Source: Camelus dromedarius
Lineage: Eukaryota
Direction of reading: 5' to 3'
Length of the DNA stretch: 64,000 nt
Assembly (NCBI RefSeq): GCF_036321535.1
Contig: NC_087436.1
Location: forward strand, 62,188,001-62,252,000
Shown here: piece by piece, positions 1-12,419 of the stretch
Numbering within the stretch: the stretch's first letter is position 1
Layout: every line of letters begins with the position of its first letter
The notes under the pieces: model-generated
What the model was told of the DNA's origin: nothing
Databases searched by the model: none
The model's input: only the letters and a program-made list of their open reading frames with translations
Made by a program: the position numbers and the translations under genes

Positions 1-1622
1 TTTCTATACACTAGATACTGCTCAGTGAGACTAGCTGAGTGTAATGCCCAAAGTCCCTATTTAGTTAACTTTTGTCCATCTAGTCAGAGACTTTAAATTG
101 CAGATGACAACTGGAAAGATACAGAAAGACAGGATGATATTATCATAGTTGCTGTGAAAGAAATATCTTTCTACAAATCCCTGCAAGAGGAAGAGGTGGA
201 AGATAAAAAGACCTGGGAGATGTGTATATCAGGGATTCAAGATTTTCACTTATGATATTACCATGAATTATAAGATTTCTTGCAGTTAATGGTAGCACAA
301 AGAAATTGTGACTGAAAAGAAGGTAAAATCTTGTGAGAAATGAGATTTGGAGTAAGAATTCAATCTACACAAGTACTTTATAGCCAAAACAAACAAATAA
401 GCAAGAAAAGAAGCAAACATTAAAAATGGACAGATAAGCAGTTGACTGACTCTGTTAACTTACTGAATCACTGGCTGGACAGATGTAGCCTAATTATAAC
501 ACAAGGAAGTATAACTATGACAACATAAAATATATGGATGACACAAGTGAGGACTTGCCCCCACACATATTCACATATTAACACCACATACATACAATCA
601 CACATGATAGACCTGAATATTTGGGAGTAAAAATAACTTTTCATATTATTAACTTTTTGAAACATTTTAAGATAAATATTATTAGGACATTAAAAGAGAC
701 TAAAATGCTTTCTAAAATATCTCAGAAAATAAAAGCTATGGAAATATAATCTATACAACAGAGAGAGAATAAAACAGAATTAAGGAAAAAAAACCAGATA
801 TTTTCTATTACAACAACCAATATAAATAAAAACCTATGAAAAGTCAAAGCTTCTTAGACTAGGACAAAAACTAAAATAAATTTTAAACAGAGTCAAATAA
901 TAAAAGCTGCTCATGTAATTATTATAGCTAAGACACATTTGGATGCCAAAATTAAAAACCTGCATGTGAAACTAACTAGCTAATGCATTTGGAGTCTAGA
1001 AAACCAAGAAAAAGCTAGAAAAGCCATGTTAAGGAAGGAAGGACATTTGAATGTCAAAATCAGATGTTTGAAACATCTACTTTATTGGCCACATTATCAT
1101 ACATGAAACATTTTCCATCATTTCTGTATCTCAATTCATATTTTCATGGAAGAGAATCTTATTAACAGCTCATGGTAGCCATTTTGTGGGTAAATGTTAT
1201 CCCATATGTACAATCAGCTATTTCAGGGAATTTGGAAAAGTGAGCAGATTCTAAAAAATGAGTGAGGACAAGACAGCTAATACCACCATCTTTGGTATAT
1301 GAAAGTGATATACAAAACAAAATTACACAAAAGTTTGAGAGAAAAAACAGAGAACACTATACACTAAACAAATACACACATGAAATGCAGTAGTCCAGAA
1401 AGAAAAACATAGCAAAGAGAGTTTAAGACAAAAGTATTAGTATTTGTAAAATTCAGTATTAAATTTCTAGCTATATGAATACATATAAAGACAACTGTGA
1501 TGAGTCACTCTAAATCACACCACAAAAATAATTAATAATAACATTTGGGAATGATCGGTACAGACATCTTCTATGCCCGTGATAAATCTGCATATGTATA
1601 CATAAACAGAGAAGGATAAATT

Positions 1623-2147
1623 TATAACACAGAAGAACAAATCTGACTTCATATTAGATCTGTTTCTTTAGCTCTAACCCTGTGCTGTTTCCTGTGCTTA
1701 GTCATACTGGTTCTGTATCTTTTGTAAAAGCATGTTGCCTGTAGCCTGAAATACACAGGATAGGTCATTCTCAAGGCTCTGACCTTTAAGGGTATAACAC
1801 TTTCCCATTCATATAGAGATAAAAAGTTGCAGAACAGAGAATAACATTTGTCCTGTTGGAGGTTTACAGGAACACCATGACCTGACCTATATAAACAGCT
1901 GCAAGAACAAAGGATTCTGACACCAAGAAATTTGCAACAACCAACCCCCCCCCCCCCCCCCCCCCGCTTCTTAGTATAAGAGGAGCCAGAATTCTACTTG
2001 GGTAAGATTGTTCTCCAGGACATTAGTCTGCCATCTTCTCAGTCTGTTGGCTTTCTGAATAAAGTCATTATTCTCTGCCTCAACACTTTGTCTCCAGATT
2101 TACAGGCCTATCTTACAGCAAGCAGAAAGAGTTTGGATTCAGTAACA
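1623..2147 (+). mobile_element. ERV1-class solo LTR (~525 bp)
   Basis: Starts TATAACA (decayed TG) and ends ...GGATTCAGTAACA. Flanked by a 4-bp direct repeat AATT (1619-1622 / 2148-2151). Has an internal TATA-like TATAAG (~1975) followed by AATAAA (~2058). A 4-bp TSD is typical of ERV1. Confidence 0.85.
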
Positions 2148-5100
2148 AATTGACCAACCAATCTACAGGAATACTTTCATGTTATTGGAAACATACTGCA
2201 AATACCATATAATATATATTAATTTGTTTAAGGTAAAATATATTTTTTCTAGAAAACACTTATTACCAGAATTAAAAAAAAAAACTGAAAGAACAAACTC
2301 TCAAAATATATTTATTCCTAAAATTACATCTAAAACCACAAGTCAGATGGCAATGAGAATAAGAAAGCTTTCTGACTATTCATTAGTTCTCATGTGTTCA
2401 CAAATTCTGAAATAAGTATTTTTTTTTAAAGTATTTTAGCCATTCTGCCCTCATTTAGCTTATATAATTGTTGTATAGAACCATTCAGATTTTACCTGAA
2501 AGACATTTCCACTGGGGCATTAACATTACATAATAATTTAGACTAGCTTATAGAGAGCATTTCTGTAACTAATATATATCAGTAGCATAAATATGTTTTT
2601 CATATTATGAATAATGACTTATGTACATATGCTTTTTAGATGTCTTATAGTGAGATCAGAAATTTAAAAACCTTATCCTTAGAGATATTAGGTTGACTTG
2701 AAATTCTCTAAGAGACATTCTTCCATATGTCTTCTTTCTTCATCTGCGAAAATATGTCATATGGGCACTTAACTTCAGGATCAAGAATGCTTTATTTCAA
2801 TTTGTTAGTTTTAGAAGAAACACACCTAAAATAGTAAAAGAAAACTCTCTGCAAGACCCCAGGATTTTAAGGTTGTTAGTCTGTAAGTGAATTTAAAAGC
2901 ATCTTGTACCTACATTTTTATTTTCAGCTAAAGAGTAGTTTGGCAGGTAACAATCGGAAAACAATTCCCTAGATAATTTCATATGAAAATCATCTTACAC
3001 GGTTTGAAATATGATACAAAGTTGGAGCTTTAGTAAAGCTATTGGTGAGTTATATTATACTGATACTACCTGAAAACGTGATGAGAATGTTAGCAATCGA
3101 TGATGTTAACTTTGCACCTATGAAACAAAATTCCTCTGTAGACATTAACGTATTTTACAATGGCTCTCAAAAAGCTTTAGATTAGATTTAATCTAATCCT
3201 GAGGTTGCATCATGTTTATCAGGGTGTTTAGTAAATATGAAATAAGTAGGATGAATACTAATTATTGAATAATATTTCATATTCCATTTACAATAATACA
3301 GTCAACCAGTAAATGGGATAACTGTCTTCAAACATTTGTAAAATAAAAATATTTAAAATTAAACAGATTCCTGAATTCTTTCTTCTAGGTTATCAGCTGG
3401 GTTCTGAGTATCATAAAGGAAAATGGTTTTTCGAAGTTATTATATTTAATTTGCATATCAAATATTAATAGCAAGGAAAATAATTCTCTATAAGAAAGAT
3501 ATCTTCTATGTGTGTAATCAAATAGAAGGGCAAATTGATAATTTTATCATTAGATTACTTTTATGAAAATGTAAAATTATTATGATACATATGTTATATA
3601 TATATATTTTAAATTCACATATAAAGACTTGGAATATAGGCTTATGTGGAGAGCAGGATACAGATAAAATGATTTCTAACTTTACCTCAGATTTATGTTT
3701 AGTATAACATATTAAATATAATATGTAATTTATTATATATGCATATATACACACATACTAAAGTCAAATATAACTGTAAATGTTACTTTGAATTGGGGCT
3801 TGGGGCTTGTTAAGGTATCAAATCCCTCTTCAACTTCAGCTGGGGCAATGTTATATTATCAAATACAGTTTCAATAGTGTGTGCTTTCAACTATGACTAT
3901 TAACAGCATTGATTGTGAAAATCACTTATAATCAAAGTGCAAATATAAATAACATTATTACGAAGTGTAAGTATAAATACATAGTCTCAAAATTCTGCTC
4001 ATAGAAATTTATTTTAGGAACTCAAATTGTCAACAACATGGTTTCTACAAGAAAGCTCTAATGGAGCTCAGAGGGTAAAAAGAGATTTAAAAGAACTATG
4101 ATTTTGAGCAAAATTTAGAAAGGGGAGTGCTTTTTATTACTGGGCCCTAAACCAAGAGGCATCTTTTTAGTTCAAACTTTACCTTTTAAACTTATTCTCT
4201 AAAGAAATGAAGGGCAAAGAGAATTCTGATTTTCTTTTTACTGTGACCAAAACCTAACCAGGAGCTTTCAAGCTGTTTCCTTTTCTCCAGTGTTATTTAT
4301 TTGAATCCCTAGGATTTATTTTTCTGCATTGCAAGTACATTTGCCTTGATTCCTCACATTTCATCATTGTCAAGTTGATACATTTTTTCTTTGTAGTCAA
4401 AACCAAAAAAAAAAATCTTATAAATATTTGTCTATTCTAATGACTAATTTTTAACTCAATCAACTTCAAAAAATGCACAATTTTTTCAGGGATTAGTAGA
4501 AACTCTCTGCATTAGTAATATGGAACTTCAAACATAAACAGAGTATTTCATTCGGTTTCCCAATTCTCCATTACAGTCTTGCTGTGTACAAGGTACTGTA
4601 TGATATGCAAAGTGGTTTTAGTTCTAAAGAGCAGCCTTGAAGTCATTTATCCTGGAGGATATGTATATTAACATAAAACTGAAACATCTTATGTTGATAA
4701 CTATGAATTAACTCTTTATTGTGCTACATGGATTCTGACCTCCTTTCACTGACTGAAATCCTATTAATGCAATTGATAGCAATTTCAAGGCTTGAACTGA
4801 GACAGTGAAAGTGTTTGAAATATAGAGAAATCTCTTCAAAGAGACTTGAAAGAATGACATGGAATATTTATTTTACAGACAGTTTTCAAGATGGAGGAAA
4901 ATCATTTTCAAATTGATATAAATACGTATCTAAATTTATTGATAAGCACATGTTTTTAAAGTAAAACTGAATCTGGATAGGTTCAAAGGATCAAAGTTGC
5001 TCGCAGATTAGAATTCCTATGAGCAGGAACTAGCCTGCGCAAAAGTCTAGCTATGAGGATAGTAGTTCAATGTTTAAAGGACATGAGGGTACTTTTTTAC

Positions 5101-5269
5101 TCAATCGTTACTCTGGTTGGGATAAGCTAATACAAAGCACAGAAATATAGTCATTACATAAAAGTAGTTTGTTTTTGGTTGTTAAATCAGGCTTTTAGCA
5201 CTTATTGTACATTTACTGTCCCCAGGGTCTTTTTAGGTGGGAGTTAGGCGTTGGATTGGGTGATAACTT

Positions 5270-6520
5270 GTTCATTGCTTTACTGTTGGTCTTTTAACAC
5301 TTCAATAAATCTCCAAATTAAAAGATCATGCACTACCATAAGCTTTTGAAATTTGCTATGCCCACCATTCGCTACATCAATCATTCCGTGATCATGTTCA
5401 GTACTGATATATAAAGAATCCAAGTTTCTGGTGGAAATCTTGGAGTTACTGGTCTTGTTTTGTCTCTGCCATGCCTTCCACAGAGACACATTCTCTCAGC
5501 ATAATTTAGTAGGTCATCTAATTTTTCTGCACTCTCCACAATGTACTCAAGCTTCATTTACATCTTCCAAAGGCACAAATGGAAGTCTCAACGTGGGTGC
5601 ACACTTACAAGTGTTCCTTTCCATCGTCATATACTCGCAGGTTAGATCCAAAGAAGATATTTTTCACCATAGTGATAGTGAAAAGTTAAAAAAAAAAAGC
5701 ATCCTTTTACTTGTGCATTTGCATTTGGTAGGAGTGTTTAAGTCATGTTCACATATGCAATCTTGAAATCATCAGGCACAATGAAGGGTTACTGTCAAGA
5801 TTTCTTTCCCATGCAAATACAAGTACTTTCTCATCTATGTATCTATATATATATATATATGTCTTATTGCTTTTTCATTGTTAGTGCATAAATCAATGGT
5901 ATAGTATAACCCATACTATTCCGTGCACAGTAAATGAGTGAACTGCACTGGTGCCAGCTTGAAGGTGCCATTATTGAATAATGTGGTACTGACACTTAAA
6001 TATTGAATACTGCCATAGTTGGGTAACTTATCATTTTTGTCATCTTCAGCAATGGAATCTTGTATAAGAAGTGGTTCTACAAGTCTGGACACTGTATACT
6101 TCTCTGGAATTTCAATTCCATGCAATGATGTTGGATTTGGAAGTCGATATTTATTTTGAATCCTATTTACTTTGCCTCTTTAATGACTTTCTTTCTGATA
6201 GCATTAACAGGACCTCTTTATCATGAATATTATGGAGTGTTCTTGCAAGTACCTGTGATAGTGTTGCATTTGGACCTTCTTCTGTATGTATATTTTGGCC
6301 TACTCAGGATTTTCCTTACTTTCCCTTCAACACCAAATTGTGCTTATGTTTTCCTGTCTTACCTTGAATGATTTTGTAATGTTATCCAAATCCTGACTAG
6401 TTGTACATTGGGCACTGCAGATTCTCCTCTCATCACAGCACCAGTACCTTTCACATCTATCTCTGTTAAAGGAAAGGAAATGGTAACAAAAACCACTATA
6501 CTGTAGCACTGGCATTTTTG
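5270..6520 (-). mobile_element. Decayed Mutator-like (MULE/MuDR) DNA transposon transposase with N-terminal FLYWCH-like domain; multiple frameshifts and stops
   Basis: Minus-strand translation across frames gives ordered MULE motifs: LQYSGFCY..YWCCDERRICSAQCTT (6327-6515); LPNPTSLHGIEIPEKY..EPLLIQDS; NGTFKLAPVQF (5961-5972 = NGTF); PLIYAL (5882-5899); DDFKIA (5756-5773); VKGCFF (5693-5710); LPFVPLEDV (5559-5585); PRFPPETW (5420-5443); GGHSKFQKLMVVHDLLIWRFIEVLKDQQ (to 5280). Confidence 0.9.
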
Positions 6521-7864
6521 CCTGTGTGAGTATACTATTTATGCCACATTCTGCTGAGAATTTTCAAAAAAAAGATGTCTTTTTTTTTTTTTTTTTTTGT
6601 AGTTGACTGACCAATGGTCACTGTTTCACTGGTTGGGGAAAACTTATTAATGTCTTATGGATTAGACAGCTGGTTCAATATGGCTGGATCAAGCACTGGG
6701 CTGGTAGGCACCAGCCAATGGTGTGATGGTACAAACTGATTGGTAGGTAAGTGTGGGAGTCACACCCATTAAAACCTCTTCAAATAGTGGCAGACATTTC
6801 TTGCAATCTACCATAATTGTACCTCTGTAGGAAATCCATTCAGGGAAAACATCACCATTAACCATGGGTGATAGGATAGTTATAGAGGGGTTGATGCACA
6901 ATGTTCTCCTTGTGGGGACTCTGACACCCAGCCACTATGTGGTAGGAGAGCTACACCCATCTCACTCCTCCAGAACAAGCAAGATACTCTGTAAAGTGTT
7001 ATGTCAACATGTTTGCACTTGACCAAGCTACTCCTTTCAGACTCTGCCCTTATTGAACACAACCACATCCAACCATATGCCCAATGGGATATTAACACAC
7101 CATGCATCATGATATCCCATCCTCCACTTGTCCTCTGTGCATTTCTCTATCTGAAGGACTCTTCCTCCATATGTATATTAAATATAAATTCCACTCTTCT
7201 GCAAGATTCAAATCCTAATCCATCTACCTAACCCCAAATGCCATTACCAGCTAGGCTACCAAGGCTAGAAGGGTTATTATTGAATTTTAGGACAGGTTAA
7301 GCAGAGAGATGCAAAATGAATGTTTTTAATTAGTGCCATTTGCAACTGACCCTCAGTTGCATCAGCTGTGCTAAGTCAGGAAAGAAGTCATGACCTAGGG
7401 GAACAAACCACTGTATTTTTATAATTATTTTGGGTAGGAATTGCATTGTTTATGAATTTCAGAACAAATAGATTATTTATCTTATTAGCTATGCCTCATA
7501 AAGGAATGGAGAGCCTCCTGGATTCCCTATTGAGTTGCTTGGTGCCACCCAACACGAAGCAACTCTATCATTCTTAACGTCTATGAATTTTTCCTGTCTA
7601 TGCTTCTGCTTTGTCTCATATGACCTGTTGAAATTGAAAAGATAATTAAGGGCTTAGGTGTCAAATATCTCCTGAAAGTGGAAACTAAAAAACGAATCTC
7701 TGAATTATTTTTTTTTCGGATCTGCTTGACTTTCTACTGTCTGCAGAAAAAGATCATTTTTGCTTATGTAATGAAGTGTCATTTTCCTAGCATCTCTAAA
7801 AAGAAATAAGGATGAAGATGAGGAGCAAATTGGTCTTCAGGAAGTGTTAATTAGGGTACAGACT

Positions 7865-8265
7865 AAAGTATTCATAGAAACATCCATACTAGCCACAACT
7901 AGAAACTACTCAAATGCCCATCAATAGTAAAATGGATAAATTGTGGAAATTCATTCAATGCAATACAATACAGCACAACACACACAATGTTCATGAACTG
8001 AACAAACACTGTTGAACAAAAAAAGCCAGTCACAAAGCATATTGTATGATATACTCCCTAAAAACAATAGTGGCCACCCCGGGGGTTGTACTGACTACAA
8101 GGGAGCATGGATAATAATCTGGATCACTCCTTATGTTATGTTTCTTGATCTGAGTTCCAGTTACATGGATGTGTAAAAGCTCAGTTTATAAACGTCTATT
8201 GAGTTGTATCTTTGGGATGTTGTGGTTTTTTTCTGTATGCATATTGTTCCTCAATTTAATAAAAG
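7865..8265 (+). mobile_element. Old L1 (L1ME-like) 3' fragment
   Basis: Contains CTAGAAACTACTCAAATGCCCATCAATAGTAAAATGGATAAATTGTGG, typical of the L1 ORF2 end/3'UTR, and terminates in an A-rich end. Confidence 0.7.
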
Positions 8266-8639
8266 AGGTTAAAAATAGAGGAAATAAGTATATTAACATA
8301 GAAGGTGAAAGTATAGCAAGGCGCCCTTTCTCCAGCTGCAAGTGGATGATTCTTTTTGTGAAAAAAAGTAAGCGAAATCTATCATATGTTTCCCTTTACA
8401 TATTTAATTTACTAATCAATTGATATCAGTTTATCAATTGCTTAATCTACATCAAAGAAAGGGGGTTGTCCTTTATTAACATAACACAGATTTTATACTA
8501 TATACTATTCTTAACCTTGATAATTATCCAGAGAAGTTGTTTAGTAATGAACAAAATGTGTGCAAAATATTGTATGTGGCTGGACCTTAAAAAATGAGTA
8601 GGAATTTTTTAGTTCAAAATTATAACTTAATTAAAATTT

Positions 8640-9272
8640 TAATTTTTAATTGGAATTTTAAAAAGTATTTCAATAGCAGATTCACACACAGTTTTAAGAA
8701 ATAACAGAGAGGCCTTGTACAATTGCCCAATTTCTGGAACGGTAATATTGACATTGATACAGTCTAATTCTATTCAGATTTTCAAGTATTAGTTAGTTGT
8801 TTGTGTATGTGTATGCATGTGTGTGAAGTTCTATGTAATTTTATCACCTATGTAGGCTGCTATATCCACCACCAAAGTCAAGGTACTGAACAGCTCAAAC
8901 ATAATGGGTCCCCTGTTTTACTTTTTTATAACCATATCCCAACTCCTCTCCTTCCCTCTCCCCACAACTTTCTCTGCTTGTTTCCAACCCCTGGCAACCA
9001 CTAATTTGTCTTCCATTTCTAAAATTTTCTCACATCAAAAATATTATATAAATAGAATTGTACACTATGTAACTTTTGGACTTTCTACCACTCAGTATAA
9101 CTCCTTGATGATTCATCCAAGTTGTTGCATATATCAATATGTTCTTTTTCACTACTGAGTAGTATTCAATGGTATGGATGTGCCACAGTTTATTTAACCA
9201 TTCATCTGTTGAAGGACATCTGGGCTGGTTTCAGTTTTTGGCTGCTACAAGTCAAGCTGCTTCATGAACATA
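8640..9272 (-). mobile_element. L1MC-like 3' fragment
   Basis: Antisense L1 3' signature: TATGGATGTGCCACAGTTTATTTAACCATTCATCTGTTGAAGGACATCTGGGCTGGTTTCAGTTTTTGGC. Confidence 0.75.
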
Positions 9273-9485
9273 GATCTGCCTCAGGGAAAACAAATGTGGG
9301 AGATATATGTGGAAATATTATTAGGCATTAGGTCCTTAGGGACATGGTTAAAAAAAAGATAGGCTTTAACAAACAGGTATTTTTGCCCTATTACTATAGC
9401 AAATTAAGGATCACTCTTGGTTCCTTAGTTGGTGAGAGTTCTGATGTGATAACTCTTGGTGACAATACTGAAAAGAAATCAGATG

Positions 9486-9651
9486 CAGTAGCTCTCAGCC
9501 ATGGCTGAATATTAGACTCATATGGGGAGCTTTTAAAAACCCTAACGCCTGGTCTGTACCACAGACCAACTAAACATTATGCTCTTTGAATGGACCTTGG
9601 ATAGCCACATTTTTCAAAGTTTCCCAGGCTAAACCCTGGTGGGGCACCACT
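9486..9651. mobile_element. MER5-like hAT-Charlie MITE
   Basis: CAGTAGCTCTCA...ATTAGACTCATATGGGGAGCTTTTAAAAA...CACCACTG has the MER5 terminal and internal pattern. Confidence 0.65.
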
Positions 9652-12227
9652 GGACCTATGGCAGGTAATACAATCATGAGGTGGTGCCTATAATTCTGGG
9701 GCAAAATGAAAAGGAATTTAGTCACAGGGAAAAAAATAAACTGGATGGTTTGAAGGGAGAAATGTCAGTGTTCAATGATAAAGAAGACGCGGGGAAGAAA
9801 GAGAATAGATCAAGAGTTTCCCAAGGTTCTAGACTAAATTGTGAAGTTGCAGAATATTCCTCCCCATAGGGAGATGTTTGGGAAGTCTTTGATGGTGATG
9901 ATTTATCTGATTCGGTGGTAATGCACTCAGGTAAAGATTTCTTAGAGGTGGCCAACATTTTTCATACTCAAAATTATTCATCCATTACCCCCATAGAAGT
10001 CAAAATTCCATTTTTATGTTAAAAACAACACTTTAGCCATCTTAGCAGACACTAATGCTTTGTTAAATGCTTCCATTAGCAGTATACTGAGGTGATCATA
10101 TTGCTTGTCTTCTGCAATGAACAAGTTTCAAATCTGGATACTTGCTGCCATAAACTGAAATGAAATCACACCTTCATAATATTTGAAATTAGTTATAGCT
10201 CTGCTGTGGGTCTGGAAATCAGGTATTCAATACTTGGCAAGAGCAAAGAAGAGCCAAGTGGCTTTCACAATGTATTTTTAAATGAAAGTCATAAAGAAAA
10301 CTCCATTTCATTAAGTGCTTGAAGAGAGCTTCTTGAAAATATTTTCAGTTAGAGAAGCCTGGCTCCCAGGTGAGTCTTGTCACTCCACAGCAGGTGAGTT
10401 CATTTTCCACGGTGGCTGAGTTTGGTGCTATTGAGTTGTTTTCCTTGTCACCTTAGGCAAGCTTGATGGTTAATGAGATCGCTAATAGGATATACAGCCA
10501 GTTACAGAATTCTAAACTAGCCTGGATTAGCTATGACTAAAAATCAATTACCACAGTCCATTGGTCCACAGAAATCAGGGGTCATCTCATTTCTGTTCCT
10601 AGTGAACAGCTGTACTGAGTCCCCAAGAGGAGAAAAATATTACTAGCAAAATTGATGTTAATTAGCACCCATGTTGGCAGTCTGAATAGAGATACTGAGA
10701 AGAAAATTTGCAAAATGAGACTGGTTAAGGGCAGTAAAAATTTGTGTCACTAAAATTAGCCAAGTGTAATAAATGACTTTCCAGTGATTTTCTGAAGTCC
10801 CATATTCTTAATCAACACATTAAAAGACAATTTTATGACTGATGTGACATAGGTTGTACATTCCATTATTTATTCAACTATTTTACTTAAAAATATCCAA
10901 TATTAGTAAATTTTCATGCAATCACCAAATGTTATTGGCTTGTTGTATATGTTTGCTATGACCAACACTCTCTAGCAGATTAACATTGGCAAGTTCTAGC
11001 CAGTCAACAAAGATTGGGTTTTTGCTCAGCATAGTAGATAATAATTCTATTGGTTGTCCCTTAAAATTCCACCTTTAGATAGTCTTTTATTTAGTTTAAT
11101 ACTTTAAGCTTAAAAAAATCAATAGAAACAACATAGTTTTTCAATAATTTACAACTTAATGTGAGTGAATTTTAGACAATTACCTGAGTGCAGGCTGAGG
11201 GAAAAAGGCTAGAAGAATATAAGAACCAAAGAAAGAGTTTCAAAAATTAGGAAACATTTTTAGTAGACATTTCCATGCTTAAGGCATAATTTAGATATTA
11301 GCTGAATTTAATTAGTACTTTTTATCTTATTTCTTATGGCATCATTTTCTAAGATGAAATATAACTTGTAAAAAGATGGTGTTTTAGTCCAGCAAAATCA
11401 ATTCTGAGGTGGACATTTTTATTGAAAACTGAAGTTATTTTGGAAAATTCATACAATTTAGCTTCTGCAATTTATAACTGACATGCTAGGAAGGATTGAT
11501 ATCTAAATTCAATCAAATATTTGTTATCATTTTCCTTTGAAGATGGAATTGTCAATGGAGTAATACTGGATTAGGCAGCTGGTGTGATAGCAAGCATTTC
11601 ATGGGAATCACTGATTGTGGTGATGTCTTTTATTGACAAGCCTGAGCTTTCCTATTAAACAGCAGCGTAAAGGGTAAGATGCTGGCAGGGATTAAGAGGT
11701 GGTTTAAACTGGCTGATTAAACTTTCCTAGTAACTTTACTAGCACATATTCATACACAAGTAATCTTTATACACAAGACAATATTCTTACTCCTACTCTG
11801 ATCAATGGGATCCTAAGCACTCTTTTCCTTCTCCAAGAATGAGTTCTGTACCATTTATAAACATTCCTCATACCTATACATAAAGGCAAAAAACAAACAA
11901 AAACTGCATCTGCTTCTGATAATATTACATCCATCCTAGAAGAACATGACAATACTTCTATAATTGTAGAGAACTTCAGAGTTTATAAGAAGTTTTCATA
12001 AATATCTTGTTATATAATCAAAACAGATATCATGATCTTAGAACTAAGTGAAGATAGATAAATCTGGATATTTAGCAAAAGTATGGGACTGGAATCAGAC
12101 ACTGGTTTTTGACTGTTAATGGTGGCAAAGGTCTAGGGTCTCTTTTATATTTGAGTTTCATGAGTGCCTGTAGACATAAAATTCCTATATAGAAGTATCA
12201 TATGTGCATTTAACATAGTCAAATTTA

Positions 12228-12314
12228 TTTGTTTTTATTGAAGTATTGTCAGTTTGCAATATTGTGTCAGTTTCTGGTGTACCACATAGTGATTCAGTTT
12301 TATATATATACATA

Positions 12315-12346
<32 letters not shown>

Positions 12347-12419
12347 TATTCCTTTTCATATTCTTTTTCATTATAGGCTATATTTCAATGTATTTCCCTG
12401 TGCTGTACAGTAGGATCTT
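12228..12419 (-). mobile_element. Short 5'-truncated L1 3' end (artiodactyl-type) with (CA)n
   Basis: Begins TTTTATTGAAGTATTGTCAGTTTGCAATATTGTGTCAGTTTCTGGTGTAC. Flanked by imperfect direct repeat CATAGTCAAATTTA (12214-12227) / CATAGGCAAATTTA (12420-12433). Confidence 0.85.

Noticed and set aside
1..1600. A-rich stretch resembling very old L1 ORF1/ORF2 sequence
   Set aside because: Too degraded for me to assign boundaries or family with confidence.
7341..7361. 9-bp inverted repeat TGCAACTGA-CCC-TCAGTTGCA
   Set aside because: Too short to be meaningful alone in 64 kb.
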